From positions 1 through 64,000 of the forward strand of contig CAXXFV010000005.1 of assembly GCA_963674595.2 (NCBI GenBank): a DNA stretch of 64,000 nt. The letters are read 5' to 3'. Made by a program: the position numbers and the translations under genes. Below the pieces are notes generated by a model. It had not been told where the DNA came from and did no database searches. It worked only from the letters and a program-made list of their open reading frames with translations. Positions 53,081-63,691 of this stretch are shown piece after piece (the stretch's first letter is position 1; each line of letters begins with the position of its first letter). Origin of the DNA: a bacterium (GTDB lineage: Bacteria > Zhuqueibacterota > Zhuqueibacteria > Residuimicrobiales > Krinioviventaceae).

Positions 53081-55605
53081 TATAAAGCCTCGTAAATAAT
53101 TCGCAAATTGTGTGTGCCGTTCAATTCGAATTGATGAAAAATTTCAGTTTTTTGCGGCTGAGAATCAAACAGGAATTGATCATCCAGATGGACCGTAAAT
53201 GCAACATCAGATTGTATGACCATATCTGTTAAACCATAGCCGTTTACTTGCACCATTAGATTATTATCAGAATGAGTGATATTTAAAATTTCAGCGCCCC
53301 ATAATGCTTTGAGTACAGGATGGGGTGGTTTTGTTGTTGTTCGGACAAGTACCAAATCATGTGGACCGGGCGTATAAAATTCCCTGGGGATTTTGTAACA
53401 GCCTTTAATAACATGATTATCAACGCGTATTTCTTTAATATAATTTCCCTGACCGGATTTTGATACGTTCCATTTTCCTTTTCGGAAGGACAGGTTTTTT
53501 AAAGTCACCTCCGGTACATCGCCGGTGCTGTGGCAGGTTATGCCGCCCAAATCACATTCAACCCCTGTCATGGCATCAATGATGGCCTGATACCAACCGA
53601 CCGAACAGTTCAGGTTCCAGGCGGCCCCGTGTCGTGACCATTTTTTATCCGGGGGCGTGTTTGTGTCTGTAAATTCGGGACAATAACCAAGTGATGTATA
53701 GGCATCGTTTACGGTTTCAAACCATTTGCCGACAGCCGTGGTCCCGGACGTTTGTGATAACAGCTTTAATGCCGGGTAATCCCAATGCGGATACCAGGCC
53801 GACATGACCGGTTCACTGGTGTGGAACACGTCCCATTCCGGTGTTTGCTGAATGCCCTGTTCTGTTATCAGTAATTTTGATATAAAGTCAGCACATTGAT
53901 GGATTTTGTCTTTTAATAAATAATAACCAAAAGCTGATTCCATGAATAAAAATGAAAATAGCGGGTAACTTTTGACCTGGGGAATTTTGTTTTTATCAAC
54001 CGAATCAAACAAAAATCCTTTTTCATCGTCCCAAAAGAGGTTAAAATTTGCTTCTATCTTTTTTGCCATTTGGTTTGCCTGACTGGCGGTACGGTCGTCT
54101 TTGAGCAGCCGGGCAATTTTTTCCATGTTGCGGCAAAAGCAATACCAGGCGCCGGCATCAATGGCAACATAGCCGTCTTCCGAACGTCCCATTTTTTGCG
54201 GTAAATCAGGATACATGCCGATTGTTTTATACAAACCGTTTTCATCAGACCGGTTTACAAGCGTTGTAAAAGCATGGAAAAGTACCGGATAGTTTGAATA
54301 GAGTATTTGCGTATCCAGCGTTTCAGCATAATAGCCGAGAACCAGATTGGAGAACAGAAAATCCAGTGCGCCGATACCCCGGGTGTCCATGGCCTGCAAA
54401 TCCCGTGTCCAGCGGCCCGGAATGGCCCCGTCCGTGTCCCGGTGAATGCGGACAAAATCAATCACTGATTTCATCAGGTCCAGATTTCCCCACCGGGCCA
54501 GGGCCGCCGCTGTCACCAGGTTGTCCCAGGCCCAGATCCAGTAATAGGTACCCGGACAGGCCCGGGTCATGCCGGTATTACGGACATGGGCGGATTGAAC
54601 GATTTGCGGCGTTTTATCAAAAAATTGAGAGACACCTTTTTTATCGCACTCTATTTGCGGAATGGTTGCCGCCAGGTTTTTATAGCGTTTTTTTTGCCTG
54701 GCTGATACTTTTTTATGTGTACGGTCCGGCTTTTTGTTTGTTTGATTGAACGGCTGATTGGAAGAAAAGCTCAGGATAAAATCATCACTTTGCCATAAAT
54801 CCGTTTTATGCTGCTTCATGCCATTGTAAAAACCGGTCCATTGTCCGTCGATTGATATCTTGTTGAATTGGCGGTATTTCAAAAATACATACGTATCGGC
54901 CTGATAGATATTTAATTCCGAATGCTGGTATTCGGCCCAGACATCTTTCATTCTACCCAAACCGGATACGAACCGCGTTTTAAAGATCAGTTTTCTCCAT
55001 CCCTCGGGAATGAGAAAATCTCCCTGATAATCACCTGTTCGCTGCAGCCATTTGTCCAGTTGTATTTTTTCAGTCGATTTAAAAACATCAACCTTTTTCG
55101 TGGTTTCTGCGAGTTGAGTCCAGCTCCGGTCGCCATGGATTTCCGTTGACAGGGCCTGGTTGTTAAACAAAATATAAAATTTGGGCGCTGATTCGGATTT
55201 GTTTTTATTTTTAAACCGAGCGGTTATATAAAGTGAATCCTTGTACAGGGTTATTTTGATCTGTAACGTTCCCTGGTCAAATTTTTGCCGTATCATCGTT
55301 CCGTATACGGAGGTGTAAATTTCTGCCTTTTCAAACGATACAGGATATTCCTTGTTGCCTGTTTTTATTTTGAACGTCAGGACGCCTTTGGGATGCTGCA
55401 ATATTTTGGCGTTTCTGCTGACCGGCTGTGAACCATGAAAATCGATTTGCTCAAGTCCGTTGCAGGCAAGGGAAAGACACGCTGAAATTCGGTCGTCGGA
55501 CATCCAGCAGTTTTTGTCAATTGTATCGGATAGATTGGTTTTTGTAAATATCAACACAGCCTCGTTATTTTTAATACAACTCTTTCGGTGTAAAGAACGG
55601 ATCAC
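53080..55605 (-). CDS. Putative (alpha/alpha)6-barrel glycoside hydrolase
   Basis: YYWIWAWD, DGAIPG, FWDDEKGFLFD, GYCPE patterns of six-hairpin glycosidases. Confidence 0.6.
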   Translation of the reverse strand: MIRSLHRKSCIKNNEAVLIFTKTNLSDTIDKNCWMSDDRISACLSLACNGLEQIDFHGSQPVSRNAKILQHPKGVLTFKIKTGNKEYPVSFEKAEIYTSVYGTMIRQKFDQGTLQIKITLYKDSLYITARFKNKNKSESAPKFYILFNNQALSTEIHGDRSWTQLAETTKKVDVFKSTEKIQLDKWLQRTGDYQGDFLIPEGWRKLIFKTRFVSGLGRMKDVWAEYQHSELNIYQADTYVFLKYRQFNKISIDGQWTGFYNGMKQHKTDLWQSDDFILSFSSNQPFNQTNKKPDRTHKKVSARQKKRYKNLAATIPQIECDKKGVSQFFDKTPQIVQSAHVRNTGMTRACPGTYYWIWAWDNLVTAAALARWGNLDLMKSVIDFVRIHRDTDGAIPGRWTRDLQAMDTRGIGALDFLFSNLVLGYYAETLDTQILYSNYPVLFHAFTTLVNRSDENGLYKTIGMYPDLPQKMGRSEDGYVAIDAGAWYCFCRNMEKIARLLKDDRTASQANQMAKKIEANFNLFWDDEKGFLFDSVDKNKIPQVKSYPLFSFLFMESAFGYYLLKDKIHQCADFISKLLITEQGIQQTPEWDVFHTSEPVMSAWYPHWDYPALKLLSQTSGTTAVGKWFETVNDAYTSLGYCPEFTDTNTPPDKKWSRHGAAWNLNCSVGWYQAIIDAMTGVECDLGGITCHSTGDVPEVTLKNLSFRKGKWNVSKSGQGNYIKEIRVDNHVIKGCYKIPREFYTPGPHDLVLVRTTTKPPHPVLKALWGAEILNITHSDNNLMVQVNGYGLTDMVIQSDVAFTVHLDDQFLFDSQPQKTEIFHQFELNGTHNLRIIYEAL

Positions 55606-57412
55606 TATTTTCAGGCGCTTTAATTGTCAGGTGTTGAATGTTTTCCGGGATATTATTAAAAGTGCGGCTTTCAATACGTTCCGCCAGGGGATCGTAACAG
55701 AATTTCATATCAAAATCTGGATTTTGCATTTGTATACATCGCGTAAAAGGCTTATTTATCTCGTCAGTCACTTTTGTCTGTTCCAGTAAAGATGCCGCCT
55801 TTTTATTGTCTGAATTTTCAAGAATGCAGGCAAAACCGTTAAAAGTTTGGCTTATTTGTGCTTTGGTAAAATCTTTACGTGCCCCTTTAAAATTATAAAA
55901 AGAAATGATAAACAGTTTACCGGTGCTCCATAATCTCACGCTGCCCGGATAGTTTTCCAGCGGCGTAATATTTAAGGGGAAAATTATAAAATTGGTATTG
56001 TAATCACGAATCAGAATATGATTGACGGATTTACATGTAAATGGAAATTTTTTAACCGGCCGGTCATTAATTTGAACGTAATCAAAGGATTTGTTATAGG
56101 TAAAAATAATATCCAACCGTATTTCAGTTACATTTTTATGTCCGACTCTTTTTGGTGTATAGGCGACAATGGCCTTGTTTTGATGCTGATAGGTAAATAC
56201 CCTGCCTTCTTCGTAAAGATAATCTTTTGAACCCTGATAATTAGAAACATGGCAAAAGTTGGCCTGTCCGGCTGTGGAACCGTTATAAACCATGCGTGAA
56301 TAAACACCGCGAAAATCTTTAACATGGTGGATTGATTTGTTACATCGAATGCGGACCGAAAAAGAATCGGTTTGCGCGGCATTAACATAGGGCCTGGAAG
56401 CCGTACCCATACAAAATTCGTCTGTTAAATAACTCGTTAAATCGCCCCAGCCGCCGGGATAAATATCCGGATAAAAAGATGATTTTTGTTGGTAGATTAA
56501 ATTTTCATGATACTGTTCGCAATAGGTGGTTTTTTGAACATAATAGGGCAAAGGCTTTTCAAAGGCCATTTTTTTCATTTTTGGGGGAAGATGGAAATCC
56601 AGCAAAGCTATAAAAGCGTTTTCGATAAGCGCAGAGGGATGGACATACTGGACCGGTAAATCCGGGTCCAGGAATATATCTTTATCAAGTGCATAGCCAA
56701 AGGTACAGTGCAGGGCTGAAAAACCTCCCAGGGAATCTTCGCTGTAGGCCCTTGAAAACGGACCACAAAATTGCTGTGTTGGTTCGTGCCAATGCATGGC
56801 TACATTCAACCATAATTTTTGTTCGATCAACAGCGCCAGTTCACGGGCATTTTTATCTTGCGCATATTCGGCAATAATGGATAAAAACCAGAGCGTTAAC
56901 GCCGTATAGGTGGGACTGTTATATTCCGACATTTCCGCCTGTTTAAGCGGGCCGTGCTGTCTTTTGCAGGTGGATTTGTAAAATTGTTCCAGTTGTTGCA
57001 TGCCGAATTGGGTATAAACTTTATCATCAAATAATTCACCGCAGCAAATCAGGGCGGCAAACGCGGCCACCGGATGATTGACATTCCCTTCGGAAAATCT
57101 GACTGTTGAAGCAATAGAGAGATTATTTTTCATCTCTTTTTTAATATGGGATATACAGGATTTTGTCAACCGGTGCTGTAATTTTTTATGGATAACATAA
57201 AGCGTACAGGGAGAATGGGTGCCGTCGTTAAAAGAGAGTTGTGATAATAATTCATTTCCGAATTTTTGGTCTGCTTTTTCATCGCTCATAAGCAAGGTAA
57301 TGGCATACCATGCCGTTTCCCGGGGTATCAAACAGAGTTTGGTTTCCGGATCGTAATATTTTTCCGCCTCTTTACGCGCACCGGATAAAAGCCATTCTTT
57401 ATTTACTTTCAA
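55571..57412 (-). CDS. Hypothetical lyase-like (helical toroid plus beta-sandwich) protein
   Basis: NVNH, SEYNSPTY, GPFSRAY motifs; operon context. Confidence 0.5.
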   Translation of the reverse strand: MKVNKEWLLSGARKEAEKYYDPETKLCLIPRETAWYAITLLMSDEKADQKFGNELLSQLSFNDGTHSPCTLYVIHKKLQHRLTKSCISHIKKEMKNNLSIASTVRFSEGNVNHPVAAFAALICCGELFDDKVYTQFGMQQLEQFYKSTCKRQHGPLKQAEMSEYNSPTYTALTLWFLSIIAEYAQDKNARELALLIEQKLWLNVAMHWHEPTQQFCGPFSRAYSEDSLGGFSALHCTFGYALDKDIFLDPDLPVQYVHPSALIENAFIALLDFHLPPKMKKMAFEKPLPYYVQKTTYCEQYHENLIYQQKSSFYPDIYPGGWGDLTSYLTDEFCMGTASRPYVNAAQTDSFSVRIRCNKSIHHVKDFRGVYSRMVYNGSTAGQANFCHVSNYQGSKDYLYEEGRVFTYQHQNKAIVAYTPKRVGHKNVTEIRLDIIFTYNKSFDYVQINDRPVKKFPFTCKSVNHILIRDYNTNFIIFPLNITPLENYPGSVRLWSTGKLFIISFYNFKGARKDFTKAQISQTFNGFACILENSDNKKAASLLEQTKVTDEINKPFTRCIQMQNPDFDMKFCYDPLAERIESRTFNNIPENIQHLTIKAPENSDPFFTPKELY

Positions 57413-59747
57413 AAATTAATTCCTCTTTTTGGTCATGAAAATAGAGTGTAATTGTTTTAGTAGGTTCTTTTGATGTTATTTCACATTTATACCGGGTCGG
57501 TTTTAATGTGATCATGACCAGAAAAGTAACGTTGTTACCGGTGTGGTCAAGTTTTAAAAAATAGTCTCTTTTGCCTGGATTCGGATAGGCCGGTACAAAT
57601 TCGGACAAGCCGGTTTGATAGCCGGGAGCATCAGGGCTTAAACAGGTGATATTGACGGATTTTTTGTTTGTTAACTGAAATGATAACGAATTTTTTTTAA
57701 TCATTTCAATAGGAGAGTAAGAGTGGATGTTCCACTCAATGTGCCGCTCTTTATCGAGTTCGATTTGGTCATAGATAAGAAAAACATCCGGTTTGAGATA
57801 AATAAAATCACGATGGAATTTTATTAAACCCAGATGGTCAGGGTAAATATGGGTCAGGTCCGTATGCACTCTTTCGGTGTGTTTTGTGCTTTTCTCCTGG
57901 ACCGTGGTTGGGAAATGCCGGTCCGGGATAAATTCAGGGGCCCACACCATTTTATCGCCTATTTGTCCGCACCCGTTCAAGGTCACCGTGTTATGCAGGC
58001 CGGTTTCTCTTTTATAAACAGGTCCGGGCCCGCAAATAAACAGGTCGTTATCATCACAAATAAGAAACGCTCCCTGGGCCGGATCGCTGTGTCCGTATCC
58101 GCTCCATTCGCCCCACTGCTGTCTCTGACTGCCAAGCATGGAGCCGGAACGAAACGTGGCCGTTATGTTTTTATGATGTACAATATCTTTCCAAAAAATT
58201 TGACCGCCATCGGGAAAATAGAATGTGTTTTTATTGGCAGGTTTGCTTTTAATATCGTGATTAAAAAACAGATACTCCCACACACGTCTGCGGGGCGGCG
58301 TGTTGCGAAAATCTACAGAGCCGGTTTCAACCGGTTCCAGGTGTTTGGCCAGCCATTGAGCCTGGTTTGACCCTGTTCTGGAAGCAATGAGATAATGCAT
58401 CCAGGCATCTCCGCTGACCCGATATTGCGGATCGCCAAATGTAATGCCGTGTTTTTTATCCGGGCTCAGCGAGGCCCATCGAAACAGGGATGCATTCAGC
58501 CAATAGCGGCTTTCGGACCATAAATCGATTCCCGTACATTGTTTAAGCAATTCCAGATAACGTAACAGGAAGGTATGTTCATAAATCCACAAATTAATGC
58601 CGTGGGGATAAAAACCGTCTTGCGGCAGCATTTTTATGACGTGTTTGAAAACCGCGACCAGGTATTTTATCCATTCCATGGCCCTTGGATGTTCCTGCCA
58701 AAAGAGAAAAGAAAATGCCAGCAATCCATGACTGCACCCTAAAAAATGGGCCTGACCATAATCGTAACGGTTATAGCCCAAATGCTGCCATACTTTGTCA
58801 GCAACCTGAAATAATTTTTGTTTGTTCGCTGCTTTTATCTTTTCCGGCAAGTGATCGTATAACCAGTCATATCCTATACATAATGTAAAAAGACATTCCC
58901 CTGACTGGGTATCGATATTCATTGGTTCATATTGCGGCGACAAGGCCAGATCCAGCAAATGTTCCCAGGCGTGTAATGCTTTGTTTATGGAAGCTTTTTC
59001 TTGTGACAGCAACGCATGAAAAGCATTAACCACTACCCGGTCCATTTCGTTGAGACGTTCGGGGCCGTCCAAAGTTTTGCTTTCGGGTGTCAGTTTAAAG
59101 GGAATGGACTGGTTGTTCAGCAGCTTTTCTATTTTTTGCCATATCTCTTTATGAGTTGTATGTTTTTGCTTTTTCAATAAAGAAAGTTGCTCTTTTGAAA
59201 AAAGTAATCTGGGATAGGATACCGGCAGATTATTTAAAGGTTCGGTTTGAGATATTAAGTCTAGGTATTTTGGATTTTTGTAGAATGAAATTTCCAGCGG
59301 TGAAAATTCTTTTTCCGGTATTTGCAGAATGATACAATTATCCTTAACCTTGTCGATTTTTGTATAAAATAAAATTCGGCAGGTATTTGTATATTCTTCA
59401 TCTCCCCAAAAATTATACAATCCCTTTACTTTTTTATGATTGTGGACAAGATAAATATCCGGCATTTCAGGAATGCCTCTCCAACCCGGCCAGGGCCCTG
59501 TTTTGATGCCGGGTGGAGATAATTTGAAATCCATTTCGGAAAAAACCAGCTTGTCCAATTCTTCAAGGGATTCTTTTGATTGATGGCGCATATAACAACA
59601 GTGCTTTACCAACGGATATTCGTTTGTTTTTATGACAAGGTGAATACCATAGTAACCTGCCTGAAGGTCTGGAAGTTTTACCGAAACATGGGATCCTTTG
59701 TCCGATTTCGGTATATTTATTTTAACATGATATTTACTTTTGGGCAT
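57399..59747 (-). CDS. Heparinase II/III-like polysaccharide lyase
   Basis: YPRLLF, DWLYD, QDGFYPHG, GHSDP..F, HNTVT. Confidence 0.75.
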   Translation of the reverse strand: MPKSKYHVKINIPKSDKGSHVSVKLPDLQAGYYGIHLVIKTNEYPLVKHCCYMRHQSKESLEELDKLVFSEMDFKLSPPGIKTGPWPGWRGIPEMPDIYLVHNHKKVKGLYNFWGDEEYTNTCRILFYTKIDKVKDNCIILQIPEKEFSPLEISFYKNPKYLDLISQTEPLNNLPVSYPRLLFSKEQLSLLKKQKHTTHKEIWQKIEKLLNNQSIPFKLTPESKTLDGPERLNEMDRVVVNAFHALLSQEKASINKALHAWEHLLDLALSPQYEPMNIDTQSGECLFTLCIGYDWLYDHLPEKIKAANKQKLFQVADKVWQHLGYNRYDYGQAHFLGCSHGLLAFSFLFWQEHPRAMEWIKYLVAVFKHVIKMLPQDGFYPHGINLWIYEHTFLLRYLELLKQCTGIDLWSESRYWLNASLFRWASLSPDKKHGITFGDPQYRVSGDAWMHYLIASRTGSNQAQWLAKHLEPVETGSVDFRNTPPRRRVWEYLFFNHDIKSKPANKNTFYFPDGGQIFWKDIVHHKNITATFRSGSMLGSQRQQWGEWSGYGHSDPAQGAFLICDDNDLFICGPGPVYKRETGLHNTVTLNGCGQIGDKMVWAPEFIPDRHFPTTVQEKSTKHTERVHTDLTHIYPDHLGLIKFHRDFIYLKPDVFLIYDQIELDKERHIEWNIHSYSPIEMIKKNSLSFQLTNKKSVNITCLSPDAPGYQTGLSEFVPAYPNPGKRDYFLKLDHTGNNVTFLVMITLKPTRYKCEITSKEPTKTITLYFHDQKEELIFESK

Positions 59748-59751
59748 AGTC

Positions 59752-61101
59752 TTATTGTGGAATTTGTTCGGTTTTCAACTGTTCCTGTATTTTTTGACGG
59801 AACTCGGGTTTAAGTCCGGGATTGGCCAGAAAAAAATCCAGTTCTTTGAGAACCTTTTTATTAATTTCCTGTTCGGAATTTATAATATCGGCTAATTCCA
59901 GTTTCCCGGCATAATACATGTCCATTTTGGGGCCTAACTGTTCGAGAATGGTCTGACTCGTCCAGGAAGAGTATCTGACAAAATTACGCTTGTCGCCGCC
60001 GTCATACTTTTCCGATAATTCCCATACCTGTCTAAAATTTTTCTTTGCCAGTTCCGGGTATTTGTTTTCATAAGCGTCGACAAAATTGTTGCTTAATATG
60101 GGATTCGGTGTATTGTATTCGGACTTTGTTACCAGCCATTTAATCGTCTGCCAGGCTTCCTTCGGGTGTTCACAGGACGAACTGACGGACAAGCCGCCGG
60201 ATGCGGAACGAAAGTATGACGGTTTTTTGTTTTTAAATCGGGGAATAGGCGCAACATCCCAGTCTATGGTTAAGGACTGTATAAAATCCAGATTCGGCAC
60301 GGCTTCAACAATCATGGCAACTTTGCCGGTATTCAGCATCTGCGAAAATTGCATGCCCTGGGCCTGGGTAAATGCCAGTGACGGCATAACCTGATATTTA
60401 TTCATCAAGTCCATGTACTTTTGCTGGACCTCGGCCGCCTCTTTTGGAACAGAGAAAAACAGCGGATTGGCTTGCTGGTAGGCGCCGTTCATTTGTTCAA
60501 ATGCAGAGATAAAATGTCTGGCAATGAAAACACCATACTGGTCTGTTTTGCCGTCGTTATCCAGGTCTTTGGTCAGTTTTTTGGCTTTATCCAGCATATC
60601 TGCCCAGGTCCATGAGGAATCCGGAAGGGAGACATTGTATTTTTCAAATAATGTTTTGTTGTAATAAAAGCCATAGGTAAACGTCCAGTCACAAAACTGG
60701 TACCAGCCGTTATCAATGGATTGGCCCCGTTTTAAATAGATGGGATTGATAATGTTTAAAATAGAATCACCGGCGGCAATGGTATTCAAATCCAACAGTC
60801 TGCCTTCGGCGGCCAGTCTGTCTTTAATGACCGAATTTGTGTAAAATATATCCGGCGGAGACCCGGCCGACATCATGGCATAAAGTTTTTCCTGTCCGGA
60901 AAAAGGAATGAGGCGCACCTTGATCCCGGATTGTTCCGTGAACTGCGGAAGTGATTGACGCAGGGATTTCAGCAAATTGGCGTTAGCCGGTACGTTCAGT
61001 GTAATTTCTATAGTTCCGGCATCATTTCCTGAATTGCAAAACAGGAATAATGAAAAGGACAAAAATAGTAAAGGGATCAATAATTTTTTAAACACAAGCA
61101 C
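59752..61101 (-). CDS. Sugar ABC transporter substrate-binding lipoprotein
   Basis: Lipobox LFC, PPDIF, YYNKTLF, WTW, GKVAM. Confidence 0.88.
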   Translation of the reverse strand: MLVFKKLLIPLLFLSFSLFLFCNSGNDAGTIEITLNVPANANLLKSLRQSLPQFTEQSGIKVRLIPFSGQEKLYAMMSAGSPPDIFYTNSVIKDRLAAEGRLLDLNTIAAGDSILNIINPIYLKRGQSIDNGWYQFCDWTFTYGFYYNKTLFEKYNVSLPDSSWTWADMLDKAKKLTKDLDNDGKTDQYGVFIARHFISAFEQMNGAYQQANPLFFSVPKEAAEVQQKYMDLMNKYQVMPSLAFTQAQGMQFSQMLNTGKVAMIVEAVPNLDFIQSLTIDWDVAPIPRFKNKKPSYFRSASGGLSVSSSCEHPKEAWQTIKWLVTKSEYNTPNPILSNNFVDAYENKYPELAKKNFRQVWELSEKYDGGDKRNFVRYSSWTSQTILEQLGPKMDMYYAGKLELADIINSEQEINKKVLKELDFFLANPGLKPEFRQKIQEQLKTEQIPQ

Positions 61102-61117
61102 CTCCGGTTTTATATCA

Positions 61118-62104
61118 TTAGAAAAGCCATTTATTCATAAAGTTTAAACCGTTCTCAAAATCTATTTCATGGTCGCCGTTATGTAAACACCAGTCAAATT
61201 TTTCTTTGATGCCCAGCCTGTTATAATGTGCTGCCGCTTTTTCAATTTCTTTTTTAACAAGCGGGGGCCAGGCAACATTATCTTTTTCGCCTGTTTGGAC
61301 CTGGACCGGTCGTGGACAGGCCAAAGAGACTAAATCCGCATCACTGAATTGGGTCAAAAGACCGGGTAAAAAAGCGTGTTCTTCCTCCGTGCTTAAAAAA
61401 CACGAGTAATTGGGATTTTCGACCACCATCTTTTCCGGCCGTTTGTTGAACCAGGCTGATATGATGCCGAGTTTTATTTTTTGTTCAACCGGCAATGTAT
61501 AAAGCGTATAACCCCCGCCCATGCTGATGCCCCATAGGGATATTTTATTGTCGTCTATGTTATATTCGAATGTAATGAATTTTATAAATTCAAGGATTGC
61601 AAAGCTTTCCAGGGACCATATATGAAAACCGAGCAGCAAAGACAAGCGGTTGATAATGGCCCGATCGTGAAAATTATTTACCAGTTCCGGCGCTGTTACG
61701 GCAAACCCGTTTTCCGTTAGTTTGGCTCCGAAATCGTGATAACTGTGCTTCAGCGAAGCATCAAGGCCCATCACCATTTCCGGTGTGCCGTTCATCCCGT
61801 GCAGACAGATCACAAGCGGCCAGGATTTTGCCGGTTTGTCCGGCTTTTTAAACAGGGAACGAAATGTAAACCCGTTTTCGAAACAAAGGGTTATTTCGTC
61901 AAGATCGTTTTTAGGTGTGATTGTATGCGATAACAATTTTAATGCCGGCAGGTTCCCTAATAAAACCGATTTCCAGTCTGCCTGTTTCCGGCTTGTGGAT
62001 AATTGATAGGCTTTTGCGGACGAATAATCAAATCCGGATTCGGATTGTCTTTGATCATATTCCAAAATCATCTGTTGTAATGGTTTTTGCAGGTTGTTAC
62101 ACAT
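61118..62104 (-). CDS. Alpha/beta hydrolase (dienelactone hydrolase/esterase-like)
   Basis: VICLHG, GISMGG nucleophile elbow, PRP..GEKD, H.GDH. Confidence 0.82.
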   Translation of the reverse strand: MCNNLQKPLQQMILEYDQRQSESGFDYSSAKAYQLSTSRKQADWKSVLLGNLPALKLLSHTITPKNDLDEITLCFENGFTFRSLFKKPDKPAKSWPLVICLHGMNGTPEMVMGLDASLKHSYHDFGAKLTENGFAVTAPELVNNFHDRAIINRLSLLLGFHIWSLESFAILEFIKFITFEYNIDDNKISLWGISMGGGYTLYTLPVEQKIKLGIISAWFNKRPEKMVVENPNYSCFLSTEEEHAFLPGLLTQFSDADLVSLACPRPVQVQTGEKDNVAWPPLVKKEIEKAAAHYNRLGIKEKFDWCLHNGDHEIDFENGLNFMNKWLF

Positions 62105-62129
62105 TCTGGATCGTCTTTTTAGTAAAGGG

Positions 62130-63107
62130 TCATACCGGATACGTTTGGTTTATTGTTTGTTGTGTGTTTGTGTCAAGGGAGCGAATGGCGGCATCAATCA
62201 TTTCCTGGGCCATAAAACCGTCAAATATCGTACAGGGCGCTGTCTGATTTTTTCGGACAGCCTCAAGAAATTCTTTATTTTCCTGCTCAAAACCATCTTC
62301 CGTACCTGTAAATTCCTCAACATTTGAAGAATTGGCCGGTTTATAATATAATTTGGTGAGGCGGTTATTTATAAATATTGAACCCTGGGAACCAAATATT
62401 TGCACACTGAATTTACTTGATACCGGAAGCGTCCCACAATCTCCCACCATAAGCGACGCGGCTGTTCCGTTTTTAAACTGAAACGTTGCGCTGATATTGT
62501 CGATCACGCCGGTCGGTTGATGATAATTGGCACCGGCAGCAAAAACAGAGCGGGGTTCATCGGCGACGAAAAATCGTAATAAATCCGTACCATGCACGCC
62601 CTGTGAAATAACATTACCGCCGCCCAGTTTCGGATCATTGGCCCAGAAATCAGCGGGCCAGGGATCGTCAATTATTTGTACCTGGACCATATATGGATTG
62701 GGAATAAGTTGTTTTGCTTTTTTTACCAGCGAATAAAATCGAAACTTGAAACCGGACATACAAACCGCACTGGTATTTTTAGCAAGTTGATAAAATTTAT
62801 ACGATTCGGCGGCTGTTAATGCCAGTGGTTTTTCTATGAGAATATGTTTTTTATGTTTAACAGCCAGTGAAAATAAATCAAAATGACTGTTTGTGGTTGA
62901 GGTGATATAAACAACATCTATGTCGGGATGGGTAATCAGGTGGCCGGCATCTGACGTTATCTGTTCAATATGATAAGTGTTTTTTAAATCTTTTGCTTTT
63001 TGGGGATTGGTGTCACAGCACATCAACAAAGTGACATTATCATCATTCGAAAGACTTGAGGCATGAGTTTTCCCCATATCCCCACAGCCGATTATACCGA
63101 TATTCAT
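62130..63107 (-). CDS. Gfo/Idh/MocA-family oxidoreductase
   Basis: IGIIGCGDMG, IEKPLA, GGG...HGTD; start moved to ATG at 63107. Confidence 0.9.
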   Translation of the reverse strand: MNIGIIGCGDMGKTHASSLSNDDNVTLLMCCDTNPQKAKDLKNTYHIEQITSDAGHLITHPDIDVVYITSTTNSHFDLFSLAVKHKKHILIEKPLALTAAESYKFYQLAKNTSAVCMSGFKFRFYSLVKKAKQLIPNPYMVQVQIIDDPWPADFWANDPKLGGGNVISQGVHGTDLLRFFVADEPRSVFAAGANYHQPTGVIDNISATFQFKNGTAASLMVGDCGTLPVSSKFSVQIFGSQGSIFINNRLTKLYYKPANSSNVEEFTGTEDGFEQENKEFLEAVRKNQTAPCTIFDGFMAQEMIDAAIRSLDTNTQQTINQTYPV

Positions 63108-63274
63108 TCTGCTCAAAATTATCCTCGGACGTGACAGAGTGGTCATAACAGTTATCGTTCGGATAATGTAACCATAAACGGGGAGATTTGCAAAAGTCTT
63201 TTTCCCCAAAATAAAAAATTGTGAATTTAAATCATCTTTTTTCTGAATTCCATTATCAGTCGCCGCTTTTAAAC

Positions 63275-63691
63275 TTAATTAAAAATTTCATCTTTTGGGA
63301 CGCCCCTTATGGTTTCTTTGTGGTTTTTTAAATTTTGAAACACGTGAAGCAAAAGCCCTAATCCCCAGAAAAGAATAATTATAAAGATAATTTTTAAGGA
63401 TTCATACCTTAAATATCCTGATAAATACCATAAAATTGCAATTGTATTATAGATTATATACACAGCAAGATGATATTTAAAGCCAAGACTCAATCTGCCC
63501 GATTTTAGGTTATCTGCTTTGCCAAGTAGAAAAGCAGTTAAATAAATGACAATGCCATAAATGATAGATGTTGACCACGTTAGGGTATGATTGTGATGTA
63601 TGATTGACAGATAGAGAATATAACGAAAAACGAGTGTATAGACCGTGAAAAGAATTACAAATATTTTTAAATTTTTTGAGATTTTAATCAT
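63275..63691 (-). CDS. Small membrane protein (4 TM)
   Basis: Four hydrophobic segments, FWGLGLLLH; overlaps the PadR gene. Confidence 0.65.
   Translation of the reverse strand: MIKISKNLKIFVILFTVYTLVFRYILYLSIIHHNHTLTWSTSIIYGIVIYLTAFLLGKADNLKSGRLSLGFKYHLAVYIIYNTIAILWYLSGYLRYESLKIIFIIILFWGLGLLLHVFQNLKNHKETIRGVPKDEIFN

Noticed and set aside
158-62736. Numerous short antisense or nested ORFs in the track (e.g. 726-989, 21208-21552, 54294-54749, 57834-58370)
   Set aside because: They overlap well-supported genes and have no motifs; treated as shadow ORFs.
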